Below are positions 11,789 through 21,157 of a DNA stretch of 64,000 nucleotides, one piece after another; position 1 is the first letter of the stretch; each line of letters opens with the position of its first letter. The notes under the pieces were generated by a model. It saw only the letters and a program-made list of their open reading frames with translations. It had not been told where the DNA came from and searched no databases. A program made the translations under genes and the position numbers. Origin of the DNA: Candidatus Marinacidobacterales bacterium (GTDB lineage: Bacteria > Acidobacteriota > Vicinamibacteria > Marinacidobacterales > DATDRI01); contig CBDCNP010000002.1 of NCBI GenBank assembly GCA_965219415.1, forward strand, positions 3,232,001-3,296,000, written 5' to 3'.

Positions 11789-11860
11789 TGGCGCGAGAGA
11801 GGAGAGGGGTCCGCGGTCAGGGTGTGGGTAAAGCCCACCGCAGCCACTTCCGTGGCCGGG
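11789..11860 (-). ncRNA. candidate structured small RNA (resembles the Acido-Lenti-1 motif)
   Basis: minus strand: GGCCAC-GGAA-GTGGCT hairpin, then GCGGT..GTGGG-CTTTA-CCCAC..ACCGC nested stem, ending CGCGCCA; family assignment from memory, not verified. Confidence 0.35.
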
Positions 11861-11871
11861 ATATCTTCAGA

Positions 11872-11901
11872 TTGACATGTGAGAGGTGACGGTGGTCTTA
11901 T
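11872..11901 (+). promoter_or_regulatory. candidate sigma70 promoter for the DUF4440 gene
   Basis: perfect TTGACA at 11872-11877, weak -10 near 11895-11901, AGGAGGT SD before ATG 11948. Confidence 0.4.
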
Positions 11902-11947
11902 CTGCCAGCCTCGCCTGAGGGGACGGGGCCCAAAACAGGAGGTGAGA

Positions 11948-12364
11948 ATGAAACGGTTTATCGTGATTGGATTAGTGGCACTCGTCGCCGGGGTTGCCCT
12001 GGTGGCTGCCAGCGGCGACGCGAAGGACGAGCTCATCGCGCTCGACAAGAAGTGGGGCGTGGCGGGGACGACGGCGGATAAGGCAACACTCGAGGCCATC
12101 TATGCAGATGACGTGCTTGCCGTAGACGGAAGCGGCGTCACCGGCAAGGCTGAGGCGGTCGCTGCTCCAGGGGCCGACGATGCGGACGCCAAGTACGAGC
12201 CCACCGACTTTAAGGTGAACATGATTAGCGAAGACGTGGCGGTGATGACCCATGCGGTCGAGGGTGCTACCAGCCTTCACGTCTGGGCCAAACGGGACGG
12301 AAATTGGGTCGTGGTTGGAACTGCTGCCGTACCCACGTCGGATAGCCCCAGCACCGATCGTTAG
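11948..12364 (+). CDS. secreted NTF2-like / DUF4440 protein
   Basis: signal peptide; LEAIYADD, HVWAKRDGNWVVV. Confidence 0.8.
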   Translation: MKRFIVIGLVALVAGVALVAASGDAKDELIALDKKWGVAGTTADKATLEAIYADDVLAVDGSGVTGKAEAVAAPGADDADAKYEPTDFKVNMISEDVAVMTHAVEGATSLHVWAKRDGNWVVVGTAAVPTSDSPSTDR

Positions 12365-12428
12365 TATTTGCTCCGAGGCAGGGACGACAAGCGGTCCCTG
12401 CCTCGATGTGTTTTTTGGGGCAGACGTT

Positions 12429-12815
12429 TCAGAATTCGAGCTCGATGATCGCTCGCTGCTCGTACCGGCCGGAGAACCGCGACAAGAAAAGCGCTAAGCG
12501 CATTTGCCACCCGTATTTGTCGACCATGGCGCGGATGCCACGATCCCGCTCCTCGCCATCCGCGAGGACGCGGGCTTTTGCTTCCACCCATTCGCCCTTC
12601 ACCTTGCCCCGCCCATCGGAAGGGGCCACGCGAGCGAGGCCATTGTTGCGGATGCGCTTCACTTTTCTCGACGTGATGTTGGTGTAGACCACGGCCTTTT
12701 CATCTCTCGCCGCAATCCAGACCGGGGTCTTCACTTCCTGGCCGTTCTTGCGGAAGGTGGCCAGGTTTACGTAACGCTCGCGTTCCGCGTCAATCACATT
12801 CGGTTCCTCTCTCAC
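12429..12815 (-). CDS. PPOX-class (F420-dependent type) oxidoreductase, Rv2061-like
   Basis: YVNLATFRKNGQEVKTPVW, KVKRIRNN, KYGWQ. Confidence 0.85.
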   Translation of the reverse strand: MREEPNVIDAERERYVNLATFRKNGQEVKTPVWIAARDEKAVVYTNITSRKVKRIRNNGLARVAPSDGRGKVKGEWVEAKARVLADGEERDRGIRAMVDKYGWQMRLALFLSRFSGRYEQRAIIELEF

Positions 12816-12827
12816 TTTGCTCCGGCG

Positions 12828-13322
12828 TCACCCGCCCTCCAGACCCTGCTCGAACTCGTGAGGAGTCTCGCCGGCTCGTCAGCGTTTCACGAAGCGCTTT
12901 TCGCCTTCGGTTGCGAAAAATGCCGCGGCCTCGAGCTCGATCGAGAAGAGTCCGAAATCCATCCCTTCCGGATTCCAGCCGATCTTCTCGTAGAGGGCCT
13001 CGCAATAACGTTTGCGGATCTTGGGATCCTGGATGTCGACGGCACGTCCGTGGGCCTTGAACTCACCATCGGTGGACATGCGGTCGGTGACGGTGGTGTG
13101 GATCGAGCAACGGGGGTCGCGGCGTAGATCGAGGACTTTGAATGACCGCGGCATCATGCCGAGCTGGAGGTCGCCGTCCACGAAGACGAACTCGACGGGG
13201 CTAACGCGCGGCGAGCCGTCCTTGCGGAGGCTGCCTAGGATAAGGACCCCCGTCTTGTCTAGAAGGGTCTCGGCGGATTTAGCGATCTCGGGGGCGGCTT
13301 TCATGAATTCTCCCCATTTCAT
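12828..13322 (-). CDS. pyridoxamine 5'-phosphate oxidase family protein, premature TGA at 12879-12881
   Basis: LGSLRKDGSPRVSPVE, KVLDLRRDPRCSIH; frame continues past TGA as RAGETPHEFEQGLEGG*. Confidence 0.75.
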
Positions 13323-13335
13323 TCTTCTCTCTCCG

Positions 13336-14157
13336 TTAGGAGTTCTTGATTCCGCTGGCGATGACGAACTCGCCCGGTAGGTCGTAGGTCTTGCCGGTAC
13401 GGAAGGATTCGATAGAGGTCAGGTACTCGGAATGTACATCGTTGCGCGTCGGCTCGTCGAAGCGGGAGTAGGCGAGCGCCATGGGGCCACCTTCGAACGC
13501 GGCTCCGTATACTTCTTCTGGAGAGTCGTAGTGAAGAATGGTGTTGATCCGATCGACGGCGACGTCGGTGAAGCCTGCTTTCTCGAACCTTCTTCGGAGT
13601 GTGTCTTTGGTGCCCAATAGAAAAAAGAGAGGACAAACTTCTGAGGTAACGCGGGCATCGACGATGTGAAACGACTCGGCCCATCCGCACCGGTCTCTTT
13701 GGCCCCAGACCGCGGCGACCGCGCGGCCGCCTGGCCTTAGAACGCGATGCATCTCCTGGATGGCCTTCAGCGTATTCGGAACGTACATCAGTCCGAGGGC
13801 ATTTAGGGCGGTATCGAAGCCGCCGTCTTCGTAGGCGAGCTCCTCGGCGTCCATGCGCTCGAACGCCGTGTTTCCGATACCACGTGCCTCTGCCTCTTCC
13901 CTCGCGGTTTCGACCATCGTCTCCGAGATATCGGTGCCGATGATCTCGCCGTCCGGCCCGATAATCTCGGCGGCGCGGAGTGTGACCATCCCGGTCCCAC
14001 AGGAGTTATCCAGGATTCGCTCTCCGGGCTGGAGCTCGGCCATCTCGAGGAGCCTGTTTTGCGCGGGCTCGAGCTGCTTCTGCCAAAAATCTTCATAGTA
14101 GTTGGCCGCTTTGTCCCAACCGTAGCGCTGGACGCGACGTTGTAGTTTGGGATCCAT
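13336..14157 (-). CDS. class I SAM-dependent methyltransferase (UbiE-like)
   Basis: ILDNSCGTG, GTDIS, MDAEEL, HRVLRPGGR. Confidence 0.9.
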   Translation of the reverse strand: MDPKLQRRVQRYGWDKAANYYEDFWQKQLEPAQNRLLEMAELQPGERILDNSCGTGMVTLRAAEIIGPDGEIIGTDISETMVETAREEAEARGIGNTAFERMDAEELAYEDGGFDTALNALGLMYVPNTLKAIQEMHRVLRPGGRAVAAVWGQRDRCGWAESFHIVDARVTSEVCPLFFLLGTKDTLRRRFEKAGFTDVAVDRINTILHYDSPEEVYGAAFEGGPMALAYSRFDEPTRNDVHSEYLTSIESFRTGKTYDLPGEFVIASGIKNS

Positions 14158-14163
14158 TCGGCG

Positions 14164-14676
14164 CTAACCGGTGATCTCGACCTTGCGCTTAAGCTCGAGG
14201 CCCCGGGCCCAGTTGTCGTAATACGGGCTATGTCGGTCGGCGGCATCGAGTACCTTCATAATGTCGGCCTCGGGAGCGGTGCTCTCGAGTCTCACGACAT
14301 AGCGAACCTTGTGGTAGCCCGCGGTTAACTCGTCGTGGCTGCCGAACCGGCCCCGCTCATCGACGTCGGTGTGCACCTCGACTTCGATATTCGACATCGG
14401 GACCTCGTACTTGGACGCCCACAGGACGTAGCCGATCGCCAGACATGCGCCGAAGGCGGCCCGACCCAGGACGCCCGGAGTAGGGCCGGCGTCCTCGCCG
14501 CCACCGGCCTTGGTCATGTCCGCGGTGAGCTTCCATGTGCCTTCCTCGGTCTCACATTTCAGGCCGTCGACGACTCGAGTCTTGGAGACCACGGTCTTCT
14601 GGCCGAGTGACGGTCGTAGGTTGACAGCTTTTGCTTGTCGTTCGAAAGTCGTCTTGATCGTTTTTCGGTCGGCCAA
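14164..14676 (-). CDS. OsmC family protein
   Basis: [23 protein letters not shown] (second Cys replaced by Ser). Confidence 0.85.
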   Translation of the reverse strand: MADRKTIKTTFERQAKAVNLRPSLGQKTVVSKTRVVDGLKCETEEGTWKLTADMTKAGGGEDAGPTPGVLGRAAFGACLAIGYVLWASKYEVPMSNIEVEVHTDVDERGRFGSHDELTAGYHKVRYVVRLESTAPEADIMKVLDAADRHSPYYDNWARGLELKRKVEITG

Positions 14677-14768
14677 ATGTCACCTCCGAGCGTCGACGTT
14701 ACACAAGATACCTCGATGGCCGACGGGGCGCCAGTCGTGTTGACAGTTTGCCGCTTGTCGGTCTCTTT

Positions 14769-14864
14769 GCCAGAATGGGCCAGAATGGGCCAGGACGGGC
14801 CAGAAAGGGATGGACTCCGTCCGTTCTTGCAACAAGGCCAACAAGGCCAACAAGGCCAACAAGG
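14769..14864 (+). repeat. two adjacent tandem repeats: 10-bp GCCAGAATGG-type x4 and 9-bp CAACAAGGC x3 plus a partial copy
   Basis: units start at 14769, 14779, 14789, 14799 and at 14830, 14839, 14848, 14857. Confidence 0.95.
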
Positions 14865-14873
14865 AGAGACACG

Positions 14874-16109
14874 ATGAAAGCCGCCTATATTCTTGATGCC
14901 GTTCGAACTCCACGCGGGAGAGGGAAACCAGGGAAGGGCGCACTTTCGGGGATTCATCCGCAGGAGCTTCTGGCGCAGGCGTTTCAACAGATCGCCGTGC
15001 GAACCGGGATCGAGCCGAGCGATGTAGAAGACGTCGTGGTCGGTTGCGTGTCGCAGGCCGGCGAGCAAGGTGCCAACGTGGCTCGAAACGCGGTGCTCAC
15101 CTCGGGTTGGCCCATCGAGATACCGGCGGTTTCTCTCAATCGCTTTTGCGCATCGGGTCTCCAGGCGGTGAATTTCGCCGCGATGGGTGTCGCGTCCGGC
15201 GCTCAGGATGTCGTCGTGGCGGGCGGTGTGGAGAGCATGTCGCGAGCTCCCATGGGATCGGATGGTGGCGGAGCGGATGGGAACAACCTTCACCTTCGAG
15301 AAAAGCACTTCCAGGTTCCGCAAGGCATCAGCACGGATTTGATCGCATCGCGTGAGGGTTTCAGTCGAGAGGACGTGGATCGGTTCGCTCTCGAATCTCA
15401 GAAGAGGGCGGCGGCGGCGCAGAAGGACGGTCGCTTTAGCAAGAGCCTCTTTCCGGTGAAGGACCCGGTGAGTGGCAAGGTGGTTTTAGAGATCGATGAG
15501 CACCCACGACCCGAGGCCACACTCGAAGGTTTGGCGAGCCTGGACCCGGCCTTCGCCAAGCTGGGGGGCAAACCAGTCGGTCCGAACGGGGAGACCATGG
15601 ACCAGCTCGCCCTCGGCGTTTATCCCGAAGTCAAGAAGATGAACCATGTGCACACGGCAGGCAACTCGAGCGGGATCGTCGATGGCGCGGGTGTCGTCAT
15701 GCTGGCGTCAGAGGATTACGTCAAAGCACACGGACTGAAGCCGCGCGCGAGGGTTCGCGCCATCGCCGCGCAGGGCAGCGAGCCGGTCATCATGTTGACG
15801 GCGCCCGCACCGACGTCCAAGAAAGCGCTCGCCAAAGTGGGGATGAAGTCTTCGGATGTGGATCTGTGGGAAATCAACGAAGCCTTCGCTACCGTGCCGC
15901 TTCAGACTATGAAAGAGCTCGGCATCGATCACGAGCGTGTCAACGTGAACGGGGGCGCCATCGCCTTGGGGCATCCGCTAGGTGGTACCGGCGCGATCTT
16001 ACTTGGCACCGCGCTCGACGAGATCGAGCGGGCCGACCTCTCGACCGCTTTGGTGACGCTGTGTATCGGTGGTGGTCAGGGGGTCGCGACGATTATCGAG
16101 CGGGTGTGA
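14874..16109 (+). CDS. acetyl-CoA C-acyltransferase (thiolase)
   Basis: [46 protein letters not shown]. Confidence 0.95.
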   Translation: MKAAYILDAVRTPRGRGKPGKGALSGIHPQELLAQAFQQIAVRTGIEPSDVEDVVVGCVSQAGEQGANVARNAVLTSGWPIEIPAVSLNRFCASGLQAVNFAAMGVASGAQDVVVAGGVESMSRAPMGSDGGGADGNNLHLREKHFQVPQGISTDLIASREGFSREDVDRFALESQKRAAAAQKDGRFSKSLFPVKDPVSGKVVLEIDEHPRPEATLEGLASLDPAFAKLGGKPVGPNGETMDQLALGVYPEVKKMNHVHTAGNSSGIVDGAGVVMLASEDYVKAHGLKPRARVRAIAAQGSEPVIMLTAPAPTSKKALAKVGMKSSDVDLWEINEAFATVPLQTMKELGIDHERVNVNGGAIALGHPLGGTGAILLGTALDEIERADLSTALVTLCIGGGQGVATIIERV

Positions 16110-16147
16110 AGCAATGGAATCAAAGGGGGGGCGGAGCCGGCCCGGCG

Positions 16148-18476
16148 TTACTGGACGAGTCTCTGATATCGGCTCCAGGCGTCGTCCTCGAGCGTCGTGC
16201 TAAGAGAGAACTTGTAACTCTTTGGTCTGCCCAGCACCGGGATGTCCTTGTCATGAGTCTCAACGTGGAGACGCCTTGGATCTTCTCTTTCGAGTAGGCG
16301 AATCTTGGTCGAGGTGCCATCGCCACTCGTGTTTGTCTGAATCGTAGCGAATCCCCCAGTCTTCCAGACTGAGCGTGCCGGCGCATTCTCCGATCCGGTG
16401 ATCGTGGGTTGCGGCGAAAGACATGGGCAGGTTTGCCCTCTCCCACCGCTCTTCGTCTAGGTCTAGGAGTAATTCCGATACGCCCGCATAGCCGGGATTT
16501 TTTTGGAGCAACGCTTCCAACTTCGCCTTGCTCACTTCGAGATCTCCCCTCGAAAGTGCCGCCCTGGCCTCATCGAAGAGAGTTCCTTCGCGCGGCTTCT
16601 TTTTGCCGACTGGCTTTCGCTCCACTTTGCCGACTGGCTTCCGCTCCACGCTTGGCTGTGGCGATCCGCTTGCCAGCGACTTCGTTTGTACGAGCGTGTT
16701 GCTTTCCGCGAAGAAAAAGAAAAGGGACAAAGAGGCTCCCAGCAAGCCCACCATTGCCACCGCGCCGATGAGATATCGGACCTGTGTTCTAAGTGTTTGA
16801 AAAGGCGACCACGCAACGTCACGGCGACCCGCCAACGGTCAGGGAGCTAAGGGCCTTTGTAACTTCTTCAGCCTCGGGAAATCTCTTTTTCGGATCCTTG
16901 GCCAGCAGGCGAAGCACGATGAGGGCAAGCTCGGGAGAAACCGCCGGGTTGAGCCGGTCGGGAGACTCCGGCTCTTCGGAAAGAATCGCTTGAGCGACTG
17001 CGGCGAAGGAATCTCCTGCGAACGGCAATCTGCCGGTGAGCATCCGGTAGAGAACGACGCCGAGGGCGAAAAGGTCGGTTCGCTGGTCGATCGGTCCTTT
17101 CGAGAGCTGCTCCGGGGCCATGTAGTCGAGGCTCCCGACAATCTCCTCGGGCTCCGTGAATCCGGAATCAATTACATGTGCGATGCCAAAATCCATGATC
17201 TTCGGGTGCCCATCGCGAGTCACCAATATATTGGCGGTCTTGATGTTCCGATGGACTACTTTCTGCGAGTGCGCGTAGGCCAAAGCGTCGAGAAGCTCGC
17301 CCGCGACTCGTAGGGCTTCTGTTACTTCCAAGCTTTCCGTTTCAAGAAGCTTCTGCAGTGTTTGCCCGGGGACGTATTCCATCACGATGAACGGCGTCTC
17401 TTGGCTTGTGTGTCCCACATCAAAAACCGTGACGATGCCGGGGTGCATGAGTTTTCCGGCGGCCTTGGCCTCGCGGTAGAAGCGTTCTCTGTATTTTTCT
17501 AGCTTAGCGGGGGTTAGCTGTACGGCGGTTCGAATCAACTTGATGGCGACGGTTCTGTCGATTGTCGGGTCTTGCCCCAAGTAAACGGCTCCCATGCCGC
17601 CGCGATCCAGCGTTTCTTGGATTTCGTATCTACCGAGCTTTGCCGGGAAAGACCCCGCTGAAGAACTTTCATGGCTGGGAGGCAATAGGTCTGCCAGAGG
17701 TTCCGTTCCTTGGGTGAGGGTGTGGGTGCTAGACGCTGAGTCGGAGGGGAGGGGTGTTTGTCCTGTCTGATCCGCCTCGAGCACCCCCACCGAAACGAGG
17801 CCGTAGAGACAGCGAAGCGTTTCTTCGTAGCTGAGCGGTGAGGCGGCAGCAATGTCGGCGGCGGTGGAGACTCCGTCCACTCGTGTGCGCGCGATATCGA
17901 GAACCATGCTTTCCTGAGCGGTGAGGCAGCTTTCTTCGTAAGGTAGGGAAGCGGTTGCTGGCCAGTGTAGGCTTGCCTTCTCATCGCGCCAGAGCCTCCG
18001 CACCATCGCGGGATCTTGAATGCGCCGGGTTCCCTCTAAGATGAGCTCGGCCAGGGACAGGTTGATCGCCATGTCCTCATCGACCGAATAATCGTGTTCC
18101 TCGAAACGGTATTCCCCGGAATCCCACGCCAGGAGTGAATAAACGATGGCTTTCATACGCTTCATCGCCACCCGGTGATCTCTTCGGGAAGCGCGAGGCC
18201 CATTTCCACGAGAATCTTGCCAAGGCTTTGCCCGGTTTGCTTCACGACCTGCAAGGCTTTCTCGAGATCGGAGCGCTTGATGTTGTCGACGCGGATCAGG
18301 GATTCGCCCAGCCGTTCCTCCTCGATGTCGGAGCCGGCAAAGCTGATGGCGCCCTCTCGGAAGTAGATTCGTTTGGACACGCCGTCTCTCGAGAGATGGA
18401 GGATTCCGCTCTTGGAGTCGGCGTAGAGACGCCGGAAAACCGTGGGGAGACTGTCCTCGTTCAGGCTTCCGTGCAC
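16148..18476 (-). pseudogene. DUF4388-domain Ser/Thr protein kinase with TM and extracellular domain, several frameshifts
   Basis: KSGILHL..KRIYFREG (DUF4388); VAIK, RFYREA, DFGIA, YMAPEQ; pieces 18162-18476, 16819-18157, 16260-16835 and a tail to 16148. Confidence 0.8.
16602..16649 (-). repeat. 24-bp tandem duplication encoding VERKPVGK x2
   Basis: TTTGCCGACTGGCTT(T/C)CGCTCCAC twice. Confidence 0.9.
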
Positions 18477-18490
18477 AGACGACCTCGGAG

Positions 18491-18760
18491 ATCCTAATCA
18501 TCGGTGAGTTCTTCGGCTCCATCGCATTGATCATCGGTTTCCTGAGCCGCGTCGCCGCCTTGGGCGTCGGTGTCATCATGCTCGGCGCGGTCGTTATGGT
18601 CCATGCCGCGAACGGGTTCTTCATGAATTGGTACGGCAATCAGGAGGGTGAGGGATTCGAGTTCCACATACTCGCGCTCGGGATCGCCATCGCGGTGACG
18701 CTAAAGGGGGGCGGAGCCTTCTCGGTCGATAGAAAACTTTCTAAACTGACGACCAGGTTT
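18491..18760 (+). pseudogene. 3' fragment of a DoxX family membrane protein
   Basis: EFFGSIALIIGFLSRVAA, GFFMNWYGNQEGEGFEFHIL, GGGAFSVD; N-terminal half and start codon absent. Confidence 0.75.
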
Positions 18761-20122
18761 CTAGTAGACGACCAGCTCCAAAATTTCGAGGAGCCGTCTC
18801 ACGCCTTGCTTCACCGACTCGACGGGAACGCGCTCGTCGTTTCCGTGGACCGTATTATCCAGCTCGGCCGGGACGATGGTGGGGTCGAACCCGTAGCTCA
18901 CGATACCGAGGTCGCGGAAGAAGTGGCTATCGGTGAACCCGGTGGAGACCATAGGCACGACGTCGGCCTCGGGGTGGTGCCTCTCGACCACGGTTCGGAT
19001 GGCACGATAGAGCTCGGTGTCGGTGGTGGAGACGGCGGGTGTGAAACCCATGATCTTCTCGATCCGGATCTTGGGGTCGTTGATGATGGATTCGAGAAGC
19101 GCGATGAATTCGTCATGGTTTTGATCGGGCAGTAATCGACAATCGATCTCGGCAGTTGCTTCCGGCGGAACCACGTTGATCTTGTTGCTTCCCTCGAGCC
19201 GGGTGATGGTGCACGTGTTTCGTGTGAGTGCGTGGAGAAAGGGATTATCGAGCTGGAGCTGGAGTAGAAAGTCGGGTTCTTCGATGGCTTGTCCCAGGTT
19301 GGCAAACTGCTGGCGCCGCTCGCCCTCTTTTTTTTCCGCCAGGCCTTCGAAGTAGATCTGAACGGATGGCACGATGCGAGGTTGGAACTCGTAGTCGTCG
19401 ATTCGGGCGAGCGCTCCGAGGAGGCGGCTCACCGATGAGGTGACGTGAGGCGTCGAGCCGTGGCTGGGTGCTCCCGATGCGACGAGGCGCAGCCATAGCG
19501 GGACTTTTTGCGTGACCTCGACACCGAAGACGAGGCTATCGCCATCACGGCTTCCGCCCCCGCCCTCGTTGAGAAGGAGCCCGACGCCTTCGAAGAGCTC
19601 CGGTCGATTCTCGACGAGCCATCCGGCTCCGTAGAACCCTCCGGCCTCTTCGTCCGCGGTGGCCACGAAGAGCACGTCGCGACGCAATGGTTTTCCGGCG
19701 CGATGGAGGGCGAGAAAGGTTTGGAACTGCAACATGCCGGTGCCCTTCATATCGAGAGCGCCCCGGCCGTAGAGCTCGCCGTTTCGGATCTCACCGGAAA
19801 GCGGATCGGTGCTCCAGTAGTCTTGGTCCGCCGGGACGACGTCGGTGTGGTTCAGCAAAACGAGCGTCGGCTCGTCGCCGCCCTTCAATTTTGCCCAGAT
19901 GTTGCCCCGACCGGGAGCGGACTCGGCGGTCTCGTAGGCGATCTCTTCGGCTTCGAGAAGCTTGGCGAAGAACTCCACCGCTCGCGACTCGTTGCCGGGT
20001 GGGTTGATGGTGTCGACGCGCAGGTAGTTCTGGAGCCGTTTTATCGTCTCGTCCTCGAGCGATTGTGAGAACGCTAATGAAGAGGGAAGTAGAAGAGCTA
20101 GAACACAGACGAGTCTTTTCAC
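18761..20122 (-). CDS. M20/M25/M40 family metallopeptidase, secreted
   Basis: signal peptide; NHTDVVP, GRGALDMKG, DEEAGG, NEGG, GFTDS, HGNDE. Confidence 0.9.
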   Translation of the reverse strand: MKRLVCVLALLLPSSLAFSQSLEDETIKRLQNYLRVDTINPPGNESRAVEFFAKLLEAEEIAYETAESAPGRGNIWAKLKGGDEPTLVLLNHTDVVPADQDYWSTDPLSGEIRNGELYGRGALDMKGTGMLQFQTFLALHRAGKPLRRDVLFVATADEEAGGFYGAGWLVENRPELFEGVGLLLNEGGGGSRDGDSLVFGVEVTQKVPLWLRLVASGAPSHGSTPHVTSSVSRLLGALARIDDYEFQPRIVPSVQIYFEGLAEKKEGERRQQFANLGQAIEEPDFLLQLQLDNPFLHALTRNTCTITRLEGSNKINVVPPEATAEIDCRLLPDQNHDEFIALLESIINDPKIRIEKIMGFTPAVSTTDTELYRAIRTVVERHHPEADVVPMVSTGFTDSHFFRDLGIVSYGFDPTIVPAELDNTVHGNDERVPVESVKQGVRRLLEILELVVY

Positions 20123-20169
20123 TTCAAGTGCCCTCCAGCGGCCGGTATTATAGTCTATTCGAGAAGGGA

Positions 20170-20209
20170 ACTCTGTCCGGGCCGAGGCGCTTAAGACTTT
20201 ACTTGAGGT
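20170..20209. repeat. degenerate 18-bp palindrome plus extended box, direct repeat of 25187-25226
   Basis: ACTCTGTCCGGGCCGAGG followed by GCTTAAGACTTTACTTGAGGT; 20175-20209 matches 25192-25226 at 28 of 35 positions. Confidence 0.7.
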
Positions 20210-20215
20210 ACCGAA

Positions 20216-21134
20216 TCATTGGGGGTAGTTGATGCGGCGTAGTAGCTCGCCGAATCTTGGGTCCGAGCGCAAGCCGTCAAAGGCTGGATCCACTCCGAGG
20301 AAAGATGCCATACTTGTTCTCTCATCTAGCGCCTTATTGATCCATTCGAACCCTTGATCCGGTTTGCCCAGCTGGGTATAGAGCCGTGCCATATTGTAAG
20401 CTCCACCCCCCATTCCAAATTGAGGCGGTTTCTGAATCAGCTCGCCCAATAAACTTTCTGCTTCGGCTTTCTTGCCCGCCACCGCGAGCCCCCACGCGAG
20501 CTCCGTTTTGTATGTCGCCGTGCCGTCGGAAAGGTCTAGCGCTTCCCGAAACTCGGCGAGGGCGTCTTGGTACTGACCGTCAAGGGCGTAAGCTCGTCCC
20601 AGCATGGCATGCCCGAGAGCGCCGCCCGGATCGAGATCGACAACTTGCCGGGATTGCTGGATCGCACGCTGGTAATCCCGTGCCATCATGTAGATCATTG
20701 CTACGTTGGCCTTCAACGGAAGTACCAACGGATCTAGCTCCTCGGCCCGTCTGATCATCGCGATGGCCATCACCACGTTCGACCTTGATTCAGAGTGCGT
20801 TACATGCTCGACGCCATCGATGGAACCGATGAAGCGATAACCCCCGGCGGGCTACTGTCTCTATGTAGCGGGGCCTCTCGGCGGAATCACCGAGCGCGAC
20901 GCGGAGCTTGCCGATCGCGGTGTTAAGGCCCCTTTCGAAATCCACGAACGTGTCCGCCGGCCAGAGTCTCTCGGCGAGCTCTTGACGACCCACCATTTCG
21001 CCGGGTTGCTCTAACAGGATTTCCAGAATCTGAAAGGGTTTTTCTTGGAGCTTGATCTTGTGGCCTCGCTTGAGAAGCTCGCCGGCGCGCAGATCCACCT
21101 CGAAATCGCCGAATCGGACGGGTCGATTTGCCAC
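20216..21134 (-). pseudogene. wHTH (OmpR/CadC-type) TPR regulator, copy C; frameshifted and lacking the TM/TolB-like middle
   Basis: same N-terminus as copies A and B; extra G in the RRGYRF codons near 20845; TPRs end FDGLRSDPRF. Confidence 0.8.
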
Positions 21135-21157
21135 TTACCTCAACTCGTAAAAGGACG

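Noticed and set aside
11800-11850. SRP RNA- or RNase P-like words (GGTCAGG..GCAGCC; GGGTGTGGGTAAAGCCCACC)
   Set aside because: Lacks the SRP CCGGAAGGAAGCAG loop and the RNase P GAGGAAAGTCC core; too short.
11896-11945. SAM-I riboswitch-like words (CTTATC..GAGGGGACGGGGCCC)
   Set aside because: No P3/P4 or closing GATAAG; it runs straight into the SD and overlaps a likely promoter.
14769-14864. possible CRISPR-like repeat array
   Set aside because: Units are 9-10 bp with no spacers and there are no cas genes.
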